Below are positions 27,526 through 35,087 of a DNA stretch of 40,409 nt, piece by piece. The DNA is taken from positions 1-40,409 of the IMG/VR virus record IMGVR_UViG_3300014613_000045. One strand, 5' to 3'. The notes under the pieces were generated by a model. That model saw only the letters and a list, made by a program, of their open reading frames with translations, was not told the DNA's origin and ran no database searches. This stretch comes from a virus (Duplodnaviria; Caudoviricetes). The position numbers and the translations under genes were made by a program. Each line of letters opens with the position of its first letter. Position 1 is the first letter of the stretch.

Positions 27526-27571
27526 CCCCGGTTGCCCGGCCTCAGACGTGCGGGCCGGGTGGCTGGGGTTT
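27526..27571 (+). terminator. GC-rich intergenic hairpin, possible terminator or processing site
   Basis: CCCCGGTTGCCCGGCC/GGCCGGGTGGCTGGGG followed by TTT. Confidence 0.4.
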
Positions 27572-27577
27572 GGAAAA

Positions 27578-28030
27578 ATGGAGAGTGAGATGGAGATTAC
27601 ACGACTGCTACTTGAGTCGAACGGTGCGCATTGCAGTCAGGTTGACACATTTGCGGCCGAGTGGCCGAACGGGGCGAAGGTCACGAAAAAGAACTGTTTG
27701 CGTGCTGCCGCGTTGTATTTAGACATTGACTGGGCGGCAAACAAGTTTCTTCTATCCGGCTCGGCGTGGGAGGCGTACTGGGAAGGCGAGGACAGGGCGT
27801 GGAAGGCGTGCAAGGAAGCCAATGCCAGGGCGTCGAAGGCGTACTGGGAAAAAAATGCCAAGGCGTCGAAGGCGTACAAGGAAGCCAATGCCAGGGAGTG
27901 GAAGGCGTACTTGAAAGCCAATGCCAGGGCGTCGAAGGAGTACGAGAAAGCCAATGCCAGGGCGTCGAAGGAGTACGAGAAAGCCAAGGCCATGGCGTTT
28001 TGGAATGCAGCGAAGCTGACAACGGCATAA
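27578..28030 (+). CDS. 11-residue-repeat helical protein
   Basis: 33-bp repeats encoding A(S/W)K(A/E)Y.(E/K)ANAR. Confidence 0.7.
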   Translation: MESEMEITRLLLESNGAHCSQVDTFAAEWPNGAKVTKKNCLRAAALYLDIDWAANKFLLSGSAWEAYWEGEDRAWKACKEANARASKAYWEKNAKASKAYKEANAREWKAYLKANARASKEYEKANARASKEYEKAKAMAFWNAAKLTTA

Positions 28031-28214
28031 CGGAACAATGGAGTGACTATGTCACGGACGGCATACGGGCAAGGAGGCTTCAGGGCGCAGCACGGCACGG
28101 ACGTTGTCGCTGCGCCCGTTTTGCTACCACTCTGCCGATGGTACAAGCATCGGTCTTCTGCGTGTCGAGACTTTGAGGTCGGCGGGGAAGCGTGTTTGGC
28201 GTGGAGGGGTGAGA

Positions 28215-28643
28215 TTGTCCGCACGCGATGAAATCACCGTCGAGATGGATGCCACGCTCTGGCGTGAAGTCGTCCACGACCTGACGGGTCTAATCCGCCA
28301 GCACAACGCCCACGCTCGCAACTGTGCCACGCTGACGCGCTGGCGTGATTACTTTGCCGAACAGGTTCCGGCGGGCTGTAGCGGGCTTGTGGGCGTTCGT
28401 GGCGACGTGAGCAACTTCGCCCAGCTTGCCAGGTGGCTGATGAAGTACCGGATGCCATCGCGGCTCGCGGTCCAAACGGCGGTTGCACGGGCGATGCATC
28501 CGGGCCGGCCTGCAGTGCGGGTGGACGCGGCGACTATGGCCGGTGCTCGGCAAGCGGCTGCCGAGATGGATGCCGGTGGGGACGGGGTGCTGCATCCGCC
28601 GGAGTGTGATTGCGTGTTTTGTGATCCGGAGGATGAAACCTGA
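28215..28643 (+). CDS. Hypothetical protein (TTG start, C-terminal HPPECDCVFC)
   Basis: GGAGG RBS 7 nt before TTG; TGATG coupling to the next gene. Confidence 0.5.
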   Translation: MSARDEITVEMDATLWREVVHDLTGLIRQHNAHARNCATLTRWRDYFAEQVPAGCSGLVGVRGDVSNFAQLARWLMKYRMPSRLAVQTAVARAMHPGRPAVRVDAATMAGARQAAAEMDAGGDGVLHPPECDCVFCDPEDET

Positions 28644-28930
28644 TGGCGGTTTACGTCGATGCCCTGTTCTCAGTAGAGCAGCAACAAGGATACTGCGGCT
28701 GGCAATGGACGCAAGCCTGCCACATGTTCGCGGACACGACCGCAGAACTTCACGCCTTTGCCAAGCGAATCGGCCTGAAGCGAGCCTGGTTCCAGAACAG
28801 CCGGCATCCACATTACGACCTGACCGCGACAAAGCGACGTCGGGCGTTGGCTGCCGGTGCGGTCGAGCTGACGGAGGAAACGAGGAAGCAGATCGTCAAA
28901 CGTGACCGGAGAGCAACCGATGCCGAGTGA
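28643..28930 (+). CDS. DUF4031-like protein
   Basis: VYVD...CHMFADT..ELHAFAKRIGLKRAWFQ...HYDLT..KR..A...GA. Confidence 0.8.
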   Translation: MAVYVDALFSVEQQQGYCGWQWTQACHMFADTTAELHAFAKRIGLKRAWFQNSRHPHYDLTATKRRRALAAGAVELTEETRKQIVKRDRRATDAE

Positions 28931-28931
28931 C

Positions 28932-29021
28932 ATGAAGATCACAGCCATCGCCCCGTGGTTCGGGAGCAACCGCACGCTCGCGATGCTCCCCGGCGAATCG
29001 AGCGGAAGGGATTGGCCGTAA
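28932..29021 (+). pseudogene. N-terminal stub of a Dam/D12-class DNA adenine methyltransferase that runs into the GGA-NN array
   Basis: MKITAIAPWFGSNRTLA resembles the P(W/Y).GGK..LA N-terminal motif; stops after 29 codons. Confidence 0.5.
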
Positions 29022-29219
29022 CGGACAGGAGGGGAACGGACCGGATCGGAAGGGACGGGATGGGCCCGGAGTGGCCGGAACGGAACGGACCGGATCGGAA
29101 GGGAAGGGATGGGAATGGCCGTAACGGATTGGACGGGAAAGGAGTGGAGGGGATGGGATCGGAATGGATCGGAGCGGAAGGGACAGGACTGGAGTGGCCG
29201 TCATGGACCGGAGTGGATT
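29004..29219 (+). repeat. GGA-NN pentamer array 1 (36 pentamers, 4 delimiters); candidate guide-RNA array
   Basis: Delimiters GGCCGTAAC 29014, GGCCGGAAC 29073, GGCCGTAAC 29117, GGCCGTCAT 29196; blocks of 2, 10, 7, 14 and 3 pentamers. Confidence 0.95.
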
Positions 29220-29264
29220 CGGTTTACCGAGCGGCAGTTATAACCCAAAAAGGAGTGAAATGAA

Positions 29265-29981
29265 ATGGCGACGAAGACGACAACACGAAATCGGATTGCA
29301 GGGAACGGAGCGGATCGCACGGCAAAGGACAAGGACGGCTTTGTTGTCCGCGTGGAAATCCCCGCACTGCAACAGGGGGAAGCGACGCTGATGCTGATTG
29401 GTGACCGCCCGCTGCTGGTCAACAACAAGCTGAACGTGGCTCAGGGTATTGCCGAGCAGTACGGTGGCGTCGGCGGAAAGGCTGGGACGGTCAAGAAACC
29501 ATCAGCGACCCCCGACGAGCAATACGCTCATGCGTTCTACACTCTTCTCGACAGCAACCACGCGGCCCCGCACGAGAAGGCGCGGTACGGTGTGCCGGTC
29601 AGCGGCATCAAGAAATGTGCTTGTTCTGCGATACGCACAACGGGGATCACCGACAACACAACGATCGGCTTGATCGCCAAGTCATTCTGGGTCCTTGGTG
29701 ATTCCGGCGGGTTGTGTCTGCTGAAGTACGACCGCCTGGAGCGGGACGTCCGCCCCGTTAACATCGGCAGCGGTCAGAAAACGGTTCCGCAGATGCGATA
29801 CCGGCCAATGTTCCACGGTTGGTCGATCAGGCTGCGGGTCAAGTTCAACCGCATGGTGATCACCGAAGACCAACTCGTGAACCTGTTCATGCACGCCGGG
29901 CAGTACATCGGCCTGTGTGAGATGCGAGCCGAGAAGAAGCAAGGCGAGTGCGGCGGTTTTGTGGTAGAGGGCTCATCCTAG
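29265..29981 (+). CDS. Stand-alone Cas7/RAMP-like protein
   Basis: RAMP-like order: strand + LIGDRPLL, VPVSGIKKC..SA helix, thumb-like DVRPVNIG...RYRP, WSIRLRVKF, C-terminal Gly loop AGQYIGLCEMRAEKKQGECGGF; AAGGAG RBS. Confidence 0.7.
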   Translation: MATKTTTRNRIAGNGADRTAKDKDGFVVRVEIPALQQGEATLMLIGDRPLLVNNKLNVAQGIAEQYGGVGGKAGTVKKPSATPDEQYAHAFYTLLDSNHAAPHEKARYGVPVSGIKKCACSAIRTTGITDNTTIGLIAKSFWVLGDSGGLCLLKYDRLERDVRPVNIGSGQKTVPQMRYRPMFHGWSIRLRVKFNRMVITEDQLVNLFMHAGQYIGLCEMRAEKKQGECGGFVVEGSS

Positions 29982-30409
29982 TAGCGGAACGGAGCGGATT
30001 GGAAGGGATGGGATCGGACCGGAGCGGATCGGAGCGGAATGGCCGTAGCGGATGGGATGGGATTGGAACGGACAGGACGGGAGCGGATCGGATCGGATCG
30101 GAGCGGAATGGCCGTAGCGGATTGGACCGGATCGGAAGGGACAGGACTGGAGCGGACGGGAAAGGAGCGGACGGGAGAGGATGGGATCGGACCGGATCGG
30201 AGAGGACTGGATCGGAACGGCCGTAGCGGATCGGATCGGAGCGGAAGGGAGCGGAGCGGATTGGAAGGGATCGGAGCGGAGCGGCCGTAACGGAACGGAG
30301 TGGAGCGGAGCGGATGGGACAGGAGCGGATGGGAGCGGATGGGATCGGAGCGGAATGGCCGTAGCGGATTGGAACGGATCGGAATGGCCGTAGTGGAACA
30401 GAACGGATT
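29981..30409 (+). repeat. GGA-NN pentamer array 2 (74 pentamers, 6 full delimiters); candidate guide-RNA array
   Basis: GGCCGTA(G/A)(C/T) at 30041, 30110, 30219, 30283, 30357, 30386; blocks of 11, 12, 20, 11, 13, 4 and 3 pentamers; begins at the stop codon with a partial delimiter GTAGC. Confidence 0.95.
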
Positions 30410-30428
30410 GGCTGGAAAGGAATAACCA

Positions 30429-30962
30429 ATGCCAAAAACACGATTAGAGTACACAATGTCGGATCACTGCCGCATTTCGCGTGCGGACAGGGACGTCTTT
30501 CTGAAGTGGCTGAACGACAATCCGGAGTTTAAAAAACGCCGGCCGACGATCGACGAGCTGATCAAGGAAACGCGGCGCCGGGGAAGCAAACTCAAAACGC
30601 TGCTCGAGCAGGACGTGCAGGCAGCCGCAGAAATCTACTGGCGGCAGCGGGCTCAATACCTGTTGCGGCATATCAACGTCGTCAAAATCGACATCCGGAC
30701 CAACGAAGCGACCACCAAGCCGGTCTGCGCGTACATCCCGGTCAGGATCGAACGCGATGGGCGGATCGACGAAGAGAACTACATACCCGCCCAGCGCGTC
30801 GCGAACAACCCGTCCATGAGGCAAACCGTTCTCCAGAGAGCACACGCTGACTTTCTCTCGTGGATGCACCGGTGGGAACGGTACGAGGAATTCATGCAAA
30901 CGTTTTCTCCAGTGCTCACGGCCTACCAGGAGATCGAAGCGGAACTGGAAGCGGTCGCGTGA
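30429..30962 (+). CDS. Helical protein; putative accessory gene of the RAMP/array module
   Basis: AAGGAA RBS at the array end; L...LEQDV..AAE.YW..RA..LLR.I motif; remnant pentamers follow the gene. Confidence 0.7.
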   Translation: MPKTRLEYTMSDHCRISRADRDVFLKWLNDNPEFKKRRPTIDELIKETRRRGSKLKTLLEQDVQAAAEIYWRQRAQYLLRHINVVKIDIRTNEATTKPVCAYIPVRIERDGRIDEENYIPAQRVANNPSMRQTVLQRAHADFLSWMHRWERYEEFMQTFSPVLTAYQEIEAELEAVA

Positions 30963-30981
30963 AACCGGAGCGGAGAGGCCA

Positions 30982-31341
30982 ATGGAACCGCATGACTGCG
31001 AACACGAGTTTCCCGATCATAGCGTGCTGTCTGCGGCGGAGGCAATGAGAGTGATTTACTATTGGGAAATCATACTGGATCGGAAGCCGCATCAGTGCAT
31101 GGCGGGCTGGCGCGGAGTCCCCATAGCGGACCTGCCATCCACGGAACTGGAGAAACCTATGCGGAAGCACGTGCAGATAACCGAGCCAGGTACAGCCACA
31201 CACCTCGCTCTGGCGGTCCTGTTGGATGTGGTCGAGTCGATCAGAGTCGGTGAAGTGGTCGTGTTTCCATGCAGCAATGAAAATCAGGAGTACGAAGTCA
31301 CGGTCACGAAGACGACACCGCAAAAACATGCCGGGGCGTAA
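30982..31341 (+). CDS. Hypothetical protein
   Basis: GGAGAGG RBS; operon position. Confidence 0.55.
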   Translation: MEPHDCEHEFPDHSVLSAAEAMRVIYYWEIILDRKPHQCMAGWRGVPIADLPSTELEKPMRKHVQITEPGTATHLALAVLLDVVESIRVGEVVVFPCSNENQEYEVTVTKTTPQKHAGA

Positions 31342-31361
31342 GGTAGAAATGGAAGGCACGG

Positions 31362-32198
31362 ATGGCCGTTGATTGGATTAAGATGAGGACGGACCTGTAC
31401 CGCGACCCAAAGGTCTGCATCATCACCGATTTGCTGATGGATTCAGAGGGCGAGCTGGCCCGCTACGTCAACCAAAACATGCAGCGTGATATGACCGTTA
31501 CGCGGAACGTTATGCGTAACGTTACGGTAGGCGCTTTGGTGACAGTGTGGGGTGTTTTGCGTCACCGTGGTAAGCGAATCAACGACGATTTGTTCGTCCG
31601 TTGTTGTACAGTGTCGGTCATTGACGACCTTGCGGACATTCCCGGATTCGGCGAAGCGCTTCTAACGGTTGGCTGGGCCGTTCAAACTGATGAAGGCGTT
31701 GTTTTGCCGAGATTTTTCGAGGATTACAACGTCGATCCACTCGAAGAAATCCGAGCAAAGGGGCGGGAGCGTCAACAGAAATATCGTGAACGACAGAAGG
31801 AAAAAAGCTGTACAAGGTGTGACGTTACAGTAGCGTCAGAACGTAACGCTAGAGAAAAGAAGAGAAGAGAAGAGAAGAGTAAGAAGAATACCCCCTTACC
31901 CCCTTTTGAATCTCAGCAGTTTGCAGACGCTTGGCAGAAGTGGTTGGAGTACCGAACGGAAAACCACCACCCGGCTTACAAGCCCAAGGGACTGCAGGCT
32001 TGCTGGACCAGACTGGCGGAATTTGGCGAGTCAGAAGCGATCAAGGCGATTCGATTCAGCATGGCACAAGGCTGGCGCGGGATTTTTCAGGACACGGGTG
32101 CGTCCGGAAGCAACGGCCGTTACCAAACCAAGGCTGAACGCGCGGCGGACGTCGTCCGCAACGTCAATGCAATGTTGGAAAAAGGCAGAGACACATGA
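31362..32198 (+). CDS. Phage replication initiator (lambda O-like architecture)
   Basis: DWIKMRTDL..DPKV N-terminus, RERQQKYRERQK linker, W..W..YR....SM..GW.GIF C-domain; internal iteron-like repeats. Confidence 0.8.
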   Translation: MAVDWIKMRTDLYRDPKVCIITDLLMDSEGELARYVNQNMQRDMTVTRNVMRNVTVGALVTVWGVLRHRGKRINDDLFVRCCTVSVIDDLADIPGFGEALLTVGWAVQTDEGVVLPRFFEDYNVDPLEEIRAKGRERQQKYRERQKEKSCTRCDVTVASERNAREKKRREEKSKKNTPLPPFESQQFADAWQKWLEYRTENHHPAYKPKGLQACWTRLAEFGESEAIKAIRFSMAQGWRGIFQDTGASGSNGRYQTKAERAADVVRNVNAMLEKGRDT

Positions 32199-32845
32199 CT
32201 GTCGAAGAACGAAAAGAACTCGCTGAACTGCTTGCGAATGTCTGTCTGACGTTCAATCGGGAACCGTCTGAAGGCATGATCGCAATGTACGTGCTCGCCC
32301 TGAATGATTTGCCCTTCGCGGACGTAAAGCCGGCTATTCTCAAGACTGCTCAGACATCCAAGTTCATGCCGGTGCCGGCGGAGATTCGTGAGATGACCGG
32401 GGGGGTGTCCGCTGCCGACCGTCCTGGTCTGGCGTGGGCGGCGGTCAAGCGTGCCGTCCGCCTTCACGGCGGATACCAGAGTGTCGATTTTGACGACGCT
32501 CTGATCAATGCAGCGATCCGCATGATGGGTGGGTGGAACCGTTTCTGCGAAACACCGGGGGGGGATGCGTTCGATACATGGCTCCGGCGGGACTTCGTCG
32601 CAATGTACGCTACTCTCTGCCGGTCTGGAATCAGCGGTGAGATGTTGGAGCCGTTGCCGGGGATTGTCGCGACGGAGAACGGGGGCAGCGGATACCTGGA
32701 GCATGTGCCGACTCCGGTAGTCATCGAGACGGGGTTGCCGATTGGTCCGCAGCACAGACGGATCGGGGCAGACAAGCCACGGAAGATCGGGCACCATCAC
32801 GCGGCGGTCGCGGGGCTGGCGGCGAATCTTGGGACGGAGAAATAA
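32195..32845 (+). CDS. Helicase loader/inhibitor-like protein (DUF6475-like C-terminus)
   Basis: SKFMPVPAEIRE, AW..V..AV...GGY.SV.FDD..I...I..MGGW; follows the initiator gene. Confidence 0.7.
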   Translation: MTVEERKELAELLANVCLTFNREPSEGMIAMYVLALNDLPFADVKPAILKTAQTSKFMPVPAEIREMTGGVSAADRPGLAWAAVKRAVRLHGGYQSVDFDDALINAAIRMMGGWNRFCETPGGDAFDTWLRRDFVAMYATLCRSGISGEMLEPLPGIVATENGGSGYLEHVPTPVVIETGLPIGPQHRRIGADKPRKIGHHHAAVAGLAANLGTEK

Positions 32846-32846
32846 G

Positions 32847-33053
32847 ATGACCACCGCACTGAAGATCGGCGACAAGGTGCAGCGGCGTGTTGCGTCGCCA
32901 GTGCCTTGGAACTGCGGATACGTTGCCGAGGTGCTCTACGATCCGGATTGTGTGCGGATGGTGGTGTTGCGTGTCGACATTGAGAACGAGCGTGCCGGCG
33001 TCTGGGTTGACTGCCGGCTGATCGAGAAGAACGGGGAGGGAACGAAATTGTGA
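32847..33053 (+). CDS. Hypothetical protein
   Basis: GGAG RBS; LKIGDKV start. Confidence 0.55.
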   Translation: MTTALKIGDKVQRRVASPVPWNCGYVAEVLYDPDCVRMVVLRVDIENERAGVWVDCRLIEKNGEGTKL

Positions 33054-33760
33054 GCAGCCATATTTCAGACGCCTTACTGGCAATTGAGCACGCTGGACAG
33101 ATAGCGGCCCAAATGCGACGAAAGGCGACTCTCGCGGCCAAGACGGCTGGCATGGTGCTGGTGTCTGAGGAGTACCTGAAAGCGTTGGAGGAATTGTTGG
33201 CCGCAGCCGATGCCGCCCGAACGTCTTCAGCGTCAACGCGAGACTACAAGGACGTGCTGATAAACAGCCCCTGTGATAAGTACAACGGGAAGAGAGCATT
33301 GGTCAGGCGGGCTGAATTTCAACGACTCTGCAAGGCAATTCTGATAGCCCAGGCACAGAAGAACGGGGAGACGACCGAACTGACGCTGGCATACTTGAGG
33401 GCCGAAATGAGCTATGACATTTCGCTGCGTGATCCAGTTTCTGGCGACGTCCTTCATGCGGAGAGTCCACATCAACTTGCGGGCGGAACTTACATAGTCG
33501 GTGGCACCACCGAGATGTGGCTGAACGTGACCTACAACTACTACGAGCATTTTCAACGCATCGGAAACAAAGGCATCCGAACCATCTATGGGATGAGCGG
33601 TGCTGAGAGTCTGCCAGTGTTGCAGAAAGCTGCTGATGAGTTGGATGTTGACCTCGACGACGATTACTGGAAGCCGACGGAAGGCAATGCCAGGCACGCA
33701 CTCGTGCAGTTGATGGTGTTGGCTCGGTCGCGTCCGGATGGCATTTGGCAGGGGGATTAA
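33050..33760 (+). CDS. Hypothetical protein; apparent fusion with an MSYDISL-type gene beginning at 33407
   Basis: Internal ATG 33407 directly follows a 28-bp direct repeat; C-half contains NVTYNY and DYWKPTEGNA. Confidence 0.6.
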   Translation: MSSHISDALLAIEHAGQIAAQMRRKATLAAKTAGMVLVSEEYLKALEELLAAADAARTSSASTRDYKDVLINSPCDKYNGKRALVRRAEFQRLCKAILIAQAQKNGETTELTLAYLRAEMSYDISLRDPVSGDVLHAESPHQLAGGTYIVGGTTEMWLNVTYNYYEHFQRIGNKGIRTIYGMSGAESLPVLQKAADELDVDLDDDYWKPTEGNARHALVQLMVLARSRPDGIWQGD

Positions 33761-33814
33761 ATTATGGCCGGTAAAAGTCCAACCGCACTGACGCTGGCAT
33801 ACTTGAGGGCCGAA
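33379..33814 (+). repeat. 28-bp perfect direct repeats (33379-33406, 33787-33814)
   Basis: ACTGACGCTGGCATACTTGAGGGCCGAA twice, 408 bp apart. Confidence 0.95.
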
Positions 33815-34120
33815 GGCTGGCCGCTGGTGGAAGTGGTCGAGCACTGGAACCCGTTCGCGCACATCCGCGTCGACCTGTTCGGCATCTTCGACATTTTGGC
33901 AGCCGACGACAAGGCCACGATCGGCGTGCAATGCACGACGGTTACCAACATGTCGGCACGTCGTAGGAAGATTGAGGCGTCGGCTGCGGCGGCGGAATGG
34001 GTGAAGTGTCCGGGCCGACGTATCTGGTTGATCGGGTGGAAGCAAGTCGGCGTGCTTCGGAAGGACGGAACGAAGTCAGTGAGAAAGCGTTGGGAACCAC
34101 GGATCGAAGTAATTGCGTAA
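33764..34120 (+). CDS. PD-(D/E)XK-fold nuclease, Holliday junction resolvase-like
   Basis: SPT..TL.YLR.EGW..VE.WNPFA..R.DLFGIFDILA...VQCT. Confidence 0.65.
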   Translation: MAGKSPTALTLAYLRAEGWPLVEVVEHWNPFAHIRVDLFGIFDILAADDKATIGVQCTTVTNMSARRRKIEASAAAAEWVKCPGRRIWLIGWKQVGVLRKDGTKSVRKRWEPRIEVIA

Positions 34121-34276
34121 CGGAAGGAGCCTGAAGTGTCAGAACAAATCTGCAAATGCTGCGGTGTGCCGGTATCCGAGTGTCGGTACGCAAGGCTGAA
34201 CTACAGCGTGGGCTTTGACGAGGACGATGATGAGTGGGACGGACTCGACAGCGATCTCGACGAGGATGAATAACCG

Positions 34277-34666
34277 ATGAGCTGTACGAGTGCAAGACAC
34301 ACTTGGTTCAACGGGAGTAAGCCGATGGTGAGTGACTCACAAATGAAGCCGGAACGATTGGAGCAAATCCGCCGTCGCTACCGTGAGGGGTCGCCTCATA
34401 GCGGTGACGTGCAAATCGACGTTCACGACCTTGTCAACGAACTTGCTCGCCTCCGCCGCAAGGCGGCAGCGTTGGATGTGATGGAGAAGTGGGGACTCAG
34501 CGTCGAAATGATTCACGGATGGTATCCGTACCAAACTACGCGCTGTGACCTGCATGACGGTGGGTTCTATTCCCAGGCGGAAGACGACGCCCACTACGAT
34601 ACACCGTGCGAAGCAATCGAGGCGGCCGCCGCGTGGCTGGAGAAACAGGAGCAAGCCGATGAGTAA
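34277..34666 (+). CDS. Hypothetical protein (start uncertain)
   Basis: ERLEQIRRR...D...L..EL.RLR pattern. Confidence 0.5.
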   Translation: MSCTSARHTWFNGSKPMVSDSQMKPERLEQIRRRYREGSPHSGDVQIDVHDLVNELARLRRKAAALDVMEKWGLSVEMIHGWYPYQTTRCDLHDGGFYSQAEDDAHYDTPCEAIEAAAAWLEKQEQADE

Positions 34667-34982
34667 TTCAGGATGCCGGATCGGGGCCTGTGCTCACGGG
34701 CTCACGAAAGAAACGTGCGTGATATGTCTGCGAGACGAACTGGAGCGACTGCGGGACGACAAACCGGCACGGAAGCCGAACACGCGGATACAGATACGAG
34801 CCGTTGAATGCCCCAAAACCATGCAGCCGGGCGAGTCAATCCAGGTGGCCGGGGTGCGCATTCGGTTTCCCGAACGCACGCATATCGAGTTGGCCGTCGT
34901 GGAAGGAATCACCGTTGTTCACCTTGACAGAATGGGGGGGGTTCGCGCAAAATACGGCTACGACAGTTGCCATTGGGCATAG
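34659..34982 (+). CDS. Hypothetical protein
   Basis: AGGAG RBS; overlaps the upstream stop. Confidence 0.5.
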   Translation: MSNSGCRIGACAHGLTKETCVICLRDELERLRDDKPARKPNTRIQIRAVECPKTMQPGESIQVAGVRIRFPERTHIELAVVEGITVVHLDRMGGVRAKYGYDSCHWA

Positions 34983-35016
34983 TACCCGGCGACGGTGATA
35001 CCGCCATTGGGCATAG

Positions 35017-35074
35017 AACCCGGCGGTTTGCTTTCACGCATTGCGTGTGAAGGTGAACCGCCGGGTTTTTTTGT
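35017..35074 (+). terminator. Long-stem intrinsic terminator at the early/late boundary
   Basis: AACCCGGCGGTTTGCTTTCACGC/GTGTGAAGGTGAACCGCCGGGTT followed by a T-tract. Confidence 0.8.
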
Positions 35075-35087
35075 TGGAATCAACTCA

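Noticed and set aside
29004-30409. Classical CRISPR array or simple microsatellite
   Set aside because: No 23-47-bp repeats with unique spacers and no cas1/cas2; variation is confined to two of five positions with regular delimiters, unlike microsatellite decay
28896-30456. ORFs spanning the pentamer arrays (28896-29204 -, 28955-29263 +, 29887-30456 -, 29978-30454 -, 29948-30226 +, 30039-30290 +)
   Set aside because: Low-complexity translations arise because GGA-NN repeats rarely contain stops; 5-nt periodicity is not codon-based and several frames are open at once
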